Below are positions 45,001-58,269 of a DNA stretch of 64,000 nucleotides, in pieces. Each line of letters starts with the position of its first letter. Position 1 is the first letter of the stretch. Both the position numbers and the translations under genes were made by a program. Source of the stretch: Massalongia carnosa (Eukaryota); assembly GCA_965645245.1 (NCBI GenBank), contig OZ287074.1:744001-808000 (forward strand), read 5' to 3'. The notes under the pieces are model-generated. The model searched no databases and was not told the origin of the DNA. It was given only the letters and a program-made list of their open reading frames with translations.

Positions 45001-48000
45001 TTTGACAGAAAATCATTTTGCATTTTAAGGCGATGGCTTCGGGTCATGTGCCGCTCATTGTCATAGCCAACTATACTGGCGATGAAGTCATCACGGCGGA
45101 CGATTCCCTGGATCATCTTCCAATTGTCGACCTTGTGCCCAAGGAGCGTGCATACTGCTTCCAGCGCAAGCTTCACGCCTGCCGGGGGGTTTCCCATTGA
45201 CCGTACTTCGGTCAGATGTTGACGCTTGATGTTGCTCACGCTCTCTTGCGCATCTAAGACCGCAGGCTCCGCTTTTTCCAGATCAGCATTCACAATCTCT
45301 TTTCGTCTTGCCACCTCCTCTTCCTGTTTATCAAGATCTTTTTGAATTTTAAGGGAGGTAGTCTTGCGTCGTTCTGCTTCCTGCTGGTCCGCAATCATTC
45401 TTTGCAGTTTTTCATTCGCCTCAATGTCCTTTTTCTTCAGCTGATTCTTCTTCTGCGCTAAACTCGCTCGTAGATCTCTGACTTTATCCACCGTAGCCCT
45501 CAATTTTTCTAATCCAACATTGAGGTGGCGCTGTTGCTCTTCCAGGTCTTCTCGCTTTTCGTCAAACAGACGAACACATTGAGCGACAAAGTCAAGAAAG
45601 TGTCGAGGCGTGAGAAAGGTTATTCGACCTTGCTGCTTCAATAGGCGTTGATTAAACCGGTGAAGTGAGTGATGCACGTATACCATTGAGTTAACCACTG
45701 CATCTCGATGGGAGGCCGGTAGTGAGAGATTCTGATACGCAAGAGGGATACTGTCTGGCGCAATGAAATCTGTTCTGTCAAGATCCACGGGTTGAGTCAA
45801 TTCTGATCCTACTTGGAATAGAGCTTGATCTGACCAGTCGCCAAACCAGTTGAGTACGCAACGATTAAAAAGAGCTGGACTTGTTGCAGCCTTTGAGGAG
45901 AGTCCATCTTCAGGAGGGTTCATCGTAAATACAACATGTAGATTTTTTACGATTTGCTGTGTGAACCATTTGTATAGTTCTTCCTGTGAGTCTAGCAATA
46001 GACCTTGCCGTTGAGCACCTTCTTTACAGGCAGTCATCAGTGCTGCAAAGTCGTCGCCTTCAAAAAGCCCGGGAATTTCGGCATTGGCCAACAAGGTATT
46101 CATACGCTCTAAAAAGCCCGAGTCTAAGACATTTGACTCGTCCATGATGAAACAGACTTTCTCTCCTTTGCAGCCAGAACGCCGGAGAACATTACGCAAA
46201 TCCTCGTCGAAGTCATCTGCAGAGTACCTACCATGGACCTTGATCTGGAAAACCTTCAGACCATTCATCCAAGCCACAAAGCGCGAGAGAGTCGTCTTGC
46301 CACTTCCACTAACGCCAATAAGGATAAGATGGCCTTGAGGTTGTCGAAATACTCTGTCAATCCGGAGGACATGCTCCAGAACATCATTAAATAAGATTAG
46401 AGGCACATCCACTTCTTCTTCACAAAAGGTCTTCAGCCTTGCTTTGACGAATTCTCTTAATTGATCGCGCTCCACTGGAATGTAGTTCTTCGAAAGCCAG
46501 TTCGAGAAAAGGATAGGAGCCTTAAGAGCCAAATCTAAGTTAATGTTCGGGAAATGTTCAACGGCAATGCGATGCACAGCCATTTCAGTCCATCTTCGTT
46601 CATCGTCCGCAACTAGTCTATCCTGGAATAAACGCAAAGCCTCGTGGGCCCAAACTCGGACAAGACCTTCAACGGTAAGCGATTCCAAAGGCCGTAACGC
46701 CTCGTATATCCCACGAACCCAGCGTGTAAGCTCACGGGGTGAGTAAACATAGTGAGGTTGGATCTTTGGCGTGAAGTGCGTTTGCGATTCTAGGTACAGT
46801 TGAACCATTGCTTTGGTGAGCCCGTCGGAGAAGCCACGAAGACTCGGGATGATTTTTAGAACAGCGTTATTGAAAGTTCCGTAAATTTGCTGTAAGGAGA
46901 CTTCTCCAGGATAGTCGACCATGATGAGAGGAGCATGCCGCAAAAACCGTGCACCAAGCGGGGTCCTTCCAACATCAGTAGGAGGATTGCAAGCTCCTAC
47001 GAATTGTATACGCTCGAGCGTCACCCAAGTTTTATCCGAAGTCCTCCAGAATCCATTCTGCTCGACGAGCTGCCGCAAAAAAGATATAGCCCTCTGTGTT
47101 CCATATTTATCCGGAGTAGGAAGATTGATCTCGTCACAAAACAAAACCAGCCATCGACCAACTTGCGTAGGGGACATTATCACTCCGTTCAATGTCTTGC
47201 GATATTCGCAATATTGATCAAACGTCTTAAGCAGCAGCTCCGGGGTGGTTGCGCTGGAAAAATTAAGCCCAACTACCTCCATGTTTGGTAGCTTGCGCAA
47301 CGCGCTAAACAAAGTCATCGTTTTGCCGGAGCCAGGTGGACCGCACAGAATCAGGGGCTTATGTTCTGCAAGCCAAGAATACAGAATGTCTTCATGTCGA
47401 ACCGTATCTAATGTTGGAATCACGACATCAGTTTGAGTGACTGAATGGGTATTGATTTCAATGTTCGGCACATGGGACTGCCAAGGAGTCCATTCTGCCT
47501 TTGGCAGGAATACATCGTAATCAATCAAAGATGACGATTCATTGAGAAGAGGCGTGGTAATAGTGGAAAGTGAGGCAACAAATTCCCCAAATGACTTTCG
47601 CTCCTGCATTGGACAGTCTCCTGCCAGAGCCCAGACCAGGGCAAGCAACATCTTTTTGGAGACGAAGGATTCAATCTGTTCCAAATCAAGGGGGAAATCC
47701 TCATGCTGCATATTGTACTCGATAACTGTCCTGCAAGTCTTGTTGAGTAGCGAGAATAGAGTATTCAACACCCTGATCTGAGTAAACTGCATGACATGGT
47801 TGTATCTTCGTACTTCGTCAAGAGATTGCATAAGGAGATTTTCATTGCTAAAGTAATGGTGAAGTAGGTCTGCGGTCTGTTTTTGCGCTTGAAGCACGTT
47901 GGCGGATAATTGGCCGGAGGTATCTTCATCGAGCTCGTCGAAGGGTTTATTTCGAAGACTTTCAAGATAATTTGAAACCATCATGTTGCAAGTTACAATG

Positions 48001-51000
48001 TCATCGCTAAACCACACCATGCCACAGCGGCTAACAGTAGCAAGGGTGGCATATTTCAGGGTTTCCACCTCGAATAGAATACGAACATTAGAAGGTAGAT
48101 TCAGTCGTTCGCCGTTTGGCAGAGTCAAGAGTTTGTTGTCGTCCAACACGCTGTTAAGATTCTCAACCCATTCAGGATCAACGTCCCCATCAAATACGAT
48201 CCAATGTCGTTTAGAATCCTCCCCACGCAGATTGTCCACAATCTTCCGCAGTATACTTGTACACAAGCCGTCCGTCCATTCACGAGTGGTGCTATCAAGA
48301 TTTCCAAATAGAGCCTCCTTAGACATTACCTTTGAGTCGATGATATGGAAAACTCCTTCAACTCCCTCAAGCCTTTGAAGTGCTCGCAAAAGAACCTTCC
48401 AGATGGCAGACTTTCCGGATCCAGAGTCACCTACCATCATAACGCCATGATGAATGGCTTGAATCTGATATAGTTGGATGATCTTGGTCATCCAGGCATC
48501 GTTTACGATCAAATGTTCCTCGGTAGCTTCGGTTCGGATGGCTTGTTCAAGTTCTTTCATATTCGTGGGAGTGTACTCAATGCCAGGGAAAGATTCCAGC
48601 TCGAGCCTCTTCATGGTCTCCACATCACTCCGTATTAGTTTAGGTGCAATCGTTTCTCTTATGCTTTGAACAATGATCCGGGGTTCTAGATCCTCCTCAG
48701 ACTGTAAGCTTTCCCTTACTGTCATCAGCCTCGCTCGTTTCAAGCCTCCAGAGCTGACGAGAACACTTTTTAGCGCTCGTAAGCCAAAATCATAGTGTGC
48801 TTGCTTCGTAAGCTGAGCAGCACAATGGTCGAAGAATGGTACTGTCTGCTTAGAAAGCTGCTTCGCGTTCTTAAACCCTTGAGAATATAGCATAACTTCA
48901 GCTATGAGCTCTTTGTCAGGTTTTGACATGGCGACGCTACGAAATAGTTTTTTTAGGTTATCTGGCAAATTTGAGCGTCCTGCATAGCCTGGGTTCATAG
49001 TAATGAAAATGCCAGTGTTAGCATTGACAGAAAACTGTCTCCCAGCCAGGTCAATGAGAGGATTCGAGTCATTGACGCTTCTCTTTAAGCCGAGCTGGAT
49101 ATTCTGCACTTGTTGAGACACGGCTGAAAGGATACGTTCTTCCAGACGGTTGAATTCGTCAAAACAACCCCATGCGCCAACTTGGCATATCCCAAGGAAA
49201 ATGCGGCCCATGGCTTTGAAGTCGAAAGTGTCATCGCAACAGAATACTAGAGTGAATCTTCCAAGTTGAACTCCAAGAGCCTTGACCGACTCCGTCTTGC
49301 CCGTGCCAGCAGGACCATAAGGGGACCCTCCAAGGCGCTGAGCCATTGCTTGTGTAAGTGTAAGGAAACACCGATCAGTCAAAGGTGTTCGGACAAGGCG
49401 TTCAGGAACACCAAGATATTCAAATCCATATGCCAGATCCGCGTTTGCCATTTTGACACGGAGGCGGCTGACAATGTCGCCCTCGGTTTTATAGACATAT
49501 CGCATCTGTAACAGCCACAAGTAATGTTTCGAAGAAGTCGCCGCTGAGTAGATTAGATTACCGATAATATCACGCTGATGCACAAATTCTGTAATTAGGT
49601 GTTCACATTTCTTTCTCGTTAGGTGATCAAGATCCTGCAAGACCATTGTTGCAAGGAGCTCAAGTATCTTAGCTTGCAAATCATAGAGAGATGGCAAGCC
49701 AAAACCGCCGGAAGCCAACGCTGACTCAACAGAGGTAGACCAGACAACTTGTGTTCCAAGAACTACGATCTGAGTCGGGAAATTTTGGAGATATCCATTG
49801 AAAGAGCTCTGGTCGATATTGGGAGCATCGCAGAGCGCTTGAAACGCGAGTATAGCTTCACTAAGAAGCTCCGCCAGTGACATTTTCATGTTGTTTTCGA
49901 GAGCAGCCAGCCAATCATTGATTCTGGGGGTTCTCAAAAGTGATACATGCTTTGTGAGTCGCACTTCTTCGCCCTCTTTCGAGACGAACCCTGTTATGGT
50001 AGATTCTTGGTCCATGATAAGACCAGCTAAGCCGGCAAACATCTTTCTAAAATGTTTAGCAATCCTCATGGTGTCATTACTATTGCCAATAATTTCCAGT
50101 AGGTCCTCGTCGCCAACAAAATAAAACCTAGGGAATGACATGCGCTCACGTTCAAGATATTCTCCTAAGGCCTTTTGGATCTTGTGTAACAACTCAGCAA
50201 GTCTTTCCAAAGACTTCTGGACACCAGATATGTTCAGTACATCCAGTACGAGTGGCGATTTATAAACCTTTTTTAACACCGTAAAGAACTCCGAGTTGAT
50301 GTTCTGAAATCGCGAAGATTCAACTGGAAGCAAATGTTTGATATCCATATTACCAGCGAAGACGCCCTCAAGGTACACCCATTGTCTTTGCACGTCTATC
50401 CAGACATCAAATAAAATATGAACTCGATTCAGTTTATCTTCCCAGGCAGAAGCTTCCTCCTCAAACTCCTTGTAATACGGCGAATGTCTCATTGCTTGCA
50501 AAGAGTTGAGGTTTTCGCTGCACCTGGTAAAAAGATCATCCCAGCCTCGGATTAATCGGCATTTGTTCTGGTAGTTAACTAGATCCAATGTATAGTTCTG
50601 CCAAGTCTCCCGGACTTGTTTTAAAAACTCTTCTAGAGCCATTTCCCCTTGGGCCTGGACGATGATATCTCGGATAACTGGCTCACTAGTTGTAAGTTGA
50701 AGATCCCACACGTCTCCGAGACTCATTGATATTTGTGAGTATCTCTTTCCGGGTTTCAAAGTTTTGAAGATTTTGATCCAATGACGCTCGCGGACAGCTT
50801 CTGATTTCATATCCGAGACGAGGGGATTAACTTTCAGTAACTGGCGTAGAATGAGTTGAATGTGCTCAAAAGCAGCGTATTGACGCATACGGCTTGGCAT
50901 TTCTTTGGTCATTTTGATCAGCCCCTCAATAGACTGCCGTAACTTTCGAGCTTGCACACTTGTCCAGAAGGTTTCCCGGAGGTCGTTAAGGCTTTTCCAG

Positions 51001-54000
51001 ATAGTTGAGAGAGCAGCCCAAACTGACGTGAAATCATGCACCTCTTCCAGGATTGTTGAAAGGACGTTATCTGGACTGCCCGAAAGATCCAAAGCCTCTT
51101 TAGCCTTGAATACCATATCTGATTCGGCCCGTAATGTAGTGAGGCGGGTCTGAAATGACCTCAGGGTCGAGGATGCTTTCTCGGGTGGTATGCCCCCAGA
51201 TACTGGCTTCTCTTCGTTCCATTGAGCCACAGCTTCATCAATCCTTCCAGTGATAACTTTATCTTCCGCTAAAATCTTCGCTCGCAATGCGTCTGTTTGA
51301 TCTTCGATGACCTTTAACTTGCGGCTAAGAATCTCGTTCAACGATCCCCATTCGTTTTCGACTTCATCAACTTCAAGCCAATCCGTAGGAGATTGATAAC
51401 GTAGCCGGGTTAACATCGTCTGGCCCTGCCGAAACCCATCGATTTCTGGCTCCCAGCCCTCTACCTTTCTCCTGCATTGCTGAACCACTGTAATAAAAGA
51501 TACAGCCTTAGCAGTTGAAGAAGCCTCCAGCGATTGTCCCTCTAAATCTCTTCTAGTTTTCTCGACCTCAGCATGTATCTCGCGCATTCGGTTTCCAAGC
51601 CGTCCTCCGAATTTTTGAAGAATCTCGTGCTGCCACTGGTCGTACTTAGCATTAACCTTTGTCTGAACCTGTTCGTAATCAATTGTTATATTGCCGAAAG
51701 ATCGACTTGACTCGGAAGTGTCAAAGGTTTCCCGGGTCTTTCTAATTTCCTGTAGAAGCTGATGCCAGTTTGCTAAATCCTCTCCCAAGATATCATAAAC
51801 ATGTTCTGCTTGGAGATCCCACAGAGACTGGAACTGAAGCCATTTATCAACATAACGTGTGACATCTTGCAGTTTGTCTTCGATCATCTTATATACTGTA
51901 GACAAATCCATAACGCATCGACTTGGCAGATCAGAAAACCTCAACTCGGATTTTCGGGAGCTTGGAAAACTCATTTTCATCTCGTAACGTGAGGACTTGA
52001 TAGTAGGGAGATGACACACGATTCCAAGCCATTCATGAAACTGGGACAACCAGCTTGCTCTGGCAAATTCAGGAGGAGGATCGAGGTATATGACCTGGTT
52101 TCGCATAGATATCTCATGAATTAAATGTCGGAGTCTTGGGGCGTTATGCTCCTCGGCGGACTCGGATATTATCTGTGTTTGGGTACTATCGTCATTCGCG
52201 CCGTTATTCTTGGATATGGCAAAAGTTTCAACCCAAACAAGCATTGCTCTTCGAAGCCGACTAATCAATATACTTTCAATTGCTCGGTTTGTCTGAACTA
52301 CCCAGAATGGGAGATTAACATAGTTTTCTAGATTTAGCTGATCGACAGCTGTCTGAATAGTCTCGATGTTTGCACTAAAAGCAGCTGCGGAATATGGACA
52401 GGTTTCAAGATTACTCATCGCATCGCGAATGGTATGATCAATTGCTTCCAACGCAGTGGTTTTAGTTTGCAACACTGAAGCGCCAGCGGCAAAGTCTCGG
52501 ACGAATTGAACATGCTTACTCTCGCTTCGATTAACTGCTGCCGCTGCTCGCGCGCCTGACCCATTTGGAAAAATAGAAACCTGTTTAGGGTGCACATCAT
52601 AAGAGTGCACAAACGATTCCCATTTAAGAGCCACTCCCTTAAGGATAAGGCTTTGCACTTCGTTTTGGTAGCCATTCAATAGAATCGAGGCCTTCGTCAT
52701 AGACTCAATGATTCGATTAGTTTGAGAAAGACTTCGGACGCTTTCCATTAGAGTGACAGCATAGGGATAAACTCGCTTGGCTTCCTTTGAAACGCTGCTG
52801 ATGGCATGGGGGATCTGGTAATTGAGCCAAATGAGATTTCTTACTTCTTTGAACAAAGCGATAACTTGTGGATCAAAGTTGATCATGAGTTCCAAAGAAT
52901 TCGCCAGTGCGCGATTTTTGGATATACCAAAAAGTCGTCCTGCAATTGAAATTTTCCGTCTGGTAACATCATGGAGCCAAGACTCGAAGATGGGCCTTGT
53001 GTCCAGTTTCTTGCGGAACATGAGGCTTTCGTCGTGCAACTTCTGCCCTTCGGTATGAAGTGTCCAGTCTTGACCAAGGACGTCCTCAACCTTTTTCATA
53101 TAACCATCCAGCTGCTTCTCGATTTGGCGTGCCCAGATTATGGCGCCCGCTACAGGCGGAAGATCCCGAAGCTGTGCCATCACATGCGCCTCTGAATGAC
53201 CGTATTGCTGCTTGAACCGCTCGTGCAAGGCAACTATGTCGTGTTTGACATTATTAATGAGTCGGGTCTGAAACCCAGCAATCGCCCCGCGTATTTTAGG
53301 TCGTACAAGTAGAGCGTTGAAGTTCGAAAAGACCCGAAACATCTCATTTGCTGTCTTTGCGGTAGCCAGGCGATCTTTCAATCGAGCAATAATGGAATTC
53401 TCCACCCGAGAGGTGCGCTTGCTATATGTTGTCTCCGCTTGTGCCCAAATCTTGGTTCCTTCGGCTGAAACATCCAGAACATCGACGTCTTTGAGAGCTG
53501 CGTAAGCTTGTGAGACCTCTTCCACGGCATCTACATCACCAATCTCCTCAATTAGGATAGCTTGATCGCCGTTATTATCATCGGCAGCAGAAGCCATGGT
53601 CACGTTCTTCGAGCCTAAAACATTAATGATTGTACGCTGCAGTTGCTCATGACTGATCCGAAATGTATTAATATACTCCAGCCGCTCTTGGGTTTTGAGG
53701 TGGCGGGAAACCACTTTAATGGGGATGAACTTCTCAGCTCTTCGCCTTGTCACCTCCCGCGCAACATTTGTGAAGTCCTTGATGTTTTCATCCCAGGTCC
53801 TCCATATGCTGCCAGCTATGTCCATCAATGCCTCAAAATCTTTAAAATCAAGATGCATTAGAGTGCGGCCCCTAAGAAGCGAATGAATTTGCGTCTCAAG
53901 ATCTCCCGAGATTGCCGTGACAAGTGGCAAAGCGCGCGCGACAGGATAAGGACATATCCGGAGCTTTCTATTAAGGTGATTAAATATTGAAGTTAGAGAG

Positions 54001-55184
54001 TCCTGAACTTTCTGTAAAGAAGTTGCAGATAGCAACTCGTCCAGCGGGAAATCTCTCATTAACTGATTATATTTCTGGACTTTATCGGAGGCATCCTTAA
54101 GCCCAGTGTCCGCGCTGAAGCTAAAAGCTGCCTGAAACCGTTTTGCATGACGCAGTATTTCCATCGTCAACAACACCCCGTCGCTTCTTAGCTGCGTTTC
54201 GATGCCTTCAAGCGCGGACTCCATCGATATCCAAAAGTTAATCTCTTGTGTCGCTGAGCCCCTTTCAGGGTCTCGAGATAACTTTGTGATTGATTGTATC
54301 GATTTTATCCAACTGTTGACCGTATTTTGCATATCATTTAAGAATCTGCTGTCAGACAAAAGCTCCGAAGGTATGAAGTCAATTGTAGGTTTTGTGTGCT
54401 GCATTGCGGCAACATTAATAGCATCTTGCACAATGTCGGGGAATGGAAGCACCAACTCCGGTATCTCAATATTCTGTTGTAGATGGAGAAAACTCAGCTC
54501 CAGCTCTGCAAGTTTTTTCATAGTCCCTGGCACGCCAGACTTCGCATCAGAATCGAGACGGCCTTTACTGCCTCTTGACAGATGCATCCCTTGAGTTGAA
54601 GCATTGAAATAAGGAGAAAGAACGGAATGAACATGAGAGTGAAGTATCTCGAATGGCGAAATGGGGCCACCATGAGAGGGACCGGAATCATCGAAGGTCG
54701 CTGGGCCCAGAAGGTGGGTAAATTGTATCTGAGCAGAAAGGGGCATGCGAGGATCAATAGGGTGAGGTCGCTTGATCAGGGCAATCAAAGCGGTAGTGGT
54801 AGATGACAAGCAGATCTCAGACGATAGAGAGTAGATGTAGTGCAGAGCGCTGTCTAGATTCACCATTAGTCTCCTCCCGCAAAAGATTGTGGATTAAAAA
54901 CCTGAGCCGTTCTGAGCACCATTTGATTGATCCGCAAAAACTATATCCTTAAGAACATAGATTGAAAGCTGCGACTCTGAGGCGAATCGGGTACATCGCT
55001 GTATTGTATCATGCCGCTTGGGTTCTGATAGCAAGCTTCCATGACTTTCCAAATCATCTACGGATGCTCCTAGTATGATCACTAGGAGGTCTGCAAGATG
55101 CTGTACTACAACATTAGGATCGATGGTGGTGGGTATGATTGAAGATGGAGTATGGCCATTTGCCCCAGGAGACGCAACCTCCAT
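42012..55184 (-). CDS. DYN1: Cytoplasmic dynein heavy chain (nudA/ro-1 ortholog), about 4358 aa; 3 exons
   Basis: 4123-aa ORF with AAA P-loops [24 protein letters not shown] and GVSGSGKT plus the stalk coiled coil. Introns 54854-54901 and 42495-42542 join the flanking exons in frame (13077 nt). Confidence 0.98.
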
Positions 55185-55525
55185 TTTTGAGAAAAGATAT
55201 ATCAGTTAAAGCCGTTTGTGGGTCTCTCATGGTACAGAAAGGCTTGTGGTTTCTATGTGCGACATCATTGCAGCGGCGATAAGGAGTGTCATTCTTTAGA
55301 AGGAGTCTGTAAATAAATCCACAGTTGAGCGCGGACATGGAATTGAGAACGCGCTGGCGTCGAGGTAGAAATATCCGGCGATAATTCCACACTAACCCCC
55401 AACTTGCTCCTTACAAAGTACAGTCTCTAAAAGTATTCCCATCGGCACTTTATAGAAGGACCTTGGTGGTTGCAAGTTACATAGGGTTAAATTATACTAT
55501 CTGCTATGAAAAACCTATACCAAGT

Positions 55526-56891
55526 CTATGAAATGAAGGTAGCTTCTGAAAAGAGAACCCCCTCCTCGATATGTTCTTCACTATCAATGGTGATTCGTAA
55601 TGCAAGTCGATGCTGCGGAGAATACTAAAGTCGCAGAAAATTTTAGTAGATGGCTTATCAGATTTGAGGGATTACTGACCTGGTATATGTAGGGTTTGGT
55701 TCCTGCCACTCCACCCACAATTGCCTTGATGAAACCTGGAACTTTTGCCATCACATCAACTTTATCAAGCCTCTTGCCTAAGTTTCCATTTAATTCAGCT
55801 TTCACCGCTTTGCCATCTCGGGTCTTCCCATTCCATAGGAATTTGACTGCGCTTGGCTCCGGCCATTCGTTTTCCGGATCGTCTTTCATTTCAGTATGCT
55901 GTGCAGAATTTTGGGAGCCTGCACATAGTATCTCTCCGTCCTGTACGATTCCACCTACATTTACAACAGTCGAGCCATACGCAGGTGGAGTCGTATACTC
56001 CATCATGACAGCAGAATATGTGGGGGATTGGAAGTTGACGAAATTCCATTTTGCAGCTAAAGGAGCCTGGTCAATGAACTTTCGATGCAAAGCACGCTAA
56101 ATAAGAAAATGAACTCACCAGCATGATGAGGCTTCATTCCCTGTAAGGCATGGACGAAGAACCCGTTGCCCCTAAAATCCAACTCTCCAGATTTTGTAAT
56201 GATACTCCCTTCCACCCTACACCTAGGCCAGAACCCATGTCGCATCGATCCCCAAGGGTGGGCGGGATCTGTGCCAAAATAGCTTTTACCATCCTTCCCT
56301 ACATGAAAACCCGGTGCAGTTTGAGTTATACTCAGGTTGACAATGCTAGCTTCATTTGTAGCAGATTTGACTGCGTAGGATATACCATCCTCACTAAGAG
56401 TGACAGCGCAGCCATCACCATAGAATGAGAGCTTTTGTTCGTCGAATCCATAGCTATCCACTGCATCTGAAGACCAAAGATTTGGAGTTTCCCCATCCGG
56501 ATAGAATATTTTTGTGTTGAACTGGCATGTAGTATGAATGCCGCTGGAGAATTCCAGCATGTTAGCCTCATACAGATAGATGGGAAACACCTTCAGTTCT
56601 CACGCTACATTACTGTAGATCACTTGTGCCATTCCAAGATGTCCACTGTCTGCTAATAAATAAAAGGTTTGTGTTTCCACACATGTAGAGCCCATGGCCG
56701 CCCATTTTAGATCTTCTTTTTGTAACACAGTATAAGGTACTCTTTCAGCCTGTTGAGCAACAGATTGTATGGCCGTGGGACCATAAATTGGCTCTTGAGT
56801 TCCAGCAACATTGGCCACTCTGTGAGGGTAAGTGCCGAGCGCCACATTTCATAGTTATCAAATTAACATACTGTTGTTTAATCCAATTCAT
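55526..56891 (-). CDS. SVF1: Survival factor 1 (Svf1 family); multi-exon
   Basis: [65 protein letters not shown] and C-terminal FSEATFIS*. Confidence 0.92.
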
Positions 56892-57288
56892 TTTGGCAAT
56901 AACAAAGACTTTTTAATCATGTTACCGAATAATCGTGCTCAGCAATCCCGAATGTCATATGTGTGTAGGAACTCAAACTATAGATATTTCCGAGTACGTT
57001 CCCCCAACCGCAATTGGATCATAGATGAACCGATCCGGCGTTATGTAATAGGACCCAATTTATGCCTTTAAACAACATGTTATTTCTTTACAAATGCACC
57101 ACTAACCCTACAAAGACTATTTAAAACCTCATTTACCTGATCCTTTCTACGGCCACACGATTTTTGGAGATAAATAAATCGATCAAGTACATTTGTTACG
57201 GGAAAGGCGCTATTAAGGCTTCCGCCATCCCCCAAAGGCCTGGTTACCCAGAGCTCCTCACAATCCGACCTAGTTTCGGTGTCCCAAT

Positions 57289-57796
57289 ATGGCCCAGAAA
57301 AGGATAGCAAAGGACCAAATAGTGAAGCTTATTGTTGGGGCCGGAAGGGCTACCCCGAGCCCCCCAGTTGGTCCGGCTCTCGGGAGCAAGGGAGTTAAGA
57401 GCATGGACTTCTGCAAGGTCAGCCTCTTCCATGAACAAGATTTTATAGCTAATGGGTTCTTAGGAGTTCAATGCGCGTACAGCTCATATGACACCTGGAG
57501 TTCCAATTCCTGCAAGAGTTACAGTTCGCCCAGATCGCTCGTTTCATTTCGAACTTCGTACACCGAATACCTCCTATCTTTTACTACAGGCTGCAAACGT
57601 TAAAGAGCAGGACGGCAAGATAAAAGGAGCTCTGGAGCCAGGTCGAAAACCTGTGGGAGAAGTCTCATTAAAACATGTATACGATATTGCAAAGATCAAG
57701 CAATCAGAGTTGAGACTATCAGGATTAAGTCTAAAAAGTTTATGTAAAAGTGTGATTGCGCAGGCTCAATCCGTTGGTATCTCGGTAGTCCCATGA
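57289..57796 (+). CDS. MRPL19: Mitochondrial ribosomal protein uL11m; 2 exons
   Basis: [38 protein letters not shown]...[10 protein letters not shown]; intron 57418-57463. Confidence 0.95.
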
Positions 57797-58269
57797 ATAG
57801 CTTCAGAGTTTGGGTCATGATGTACAGAGTAATTCTAGCGAGGAGTGGAGAAGAGGGCTTCGTCCTTCTTAACGCATGCTGAGTAATACTTACATATTTT
57901 CGGTTTCTTGTGAAGATCCTAAACTTAATTTGCTTGACTATGTCTACCCCATTATTTAAACGGAAAAAAAGAATAAAAATCATGTCGGCTTTCTGCAGGG
58001 TCAAATCGGTCCGGAAATGCAAACTGTCAGCCCTACGTATTGCATGTGCGGTATCTCTCTCCGCAGTCCGCATGCTACCGCAGGCTTACTATGTAATCGG
58101 AAAATCATCCCACTTTGCATAGCCAAACATGGTCACAAAATCCACCCCAACAATCTTATCAAAATTAGCTTCACTTCCATCCTAGAAGAACCTGTTGCTA
58201 GGATATCTACCCTCCTTTCTGTCCTGGCGCTTGCGATCATATTTGTGCTCTGGGAAACCTTGTTCGGGC

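Noticed and set aside
42610..54757. Many short antisense and alternate-frame ORFs inside dynein
   Set aside because: Shadow ORFs of a 13-kb coding sequence with no independent motifs.
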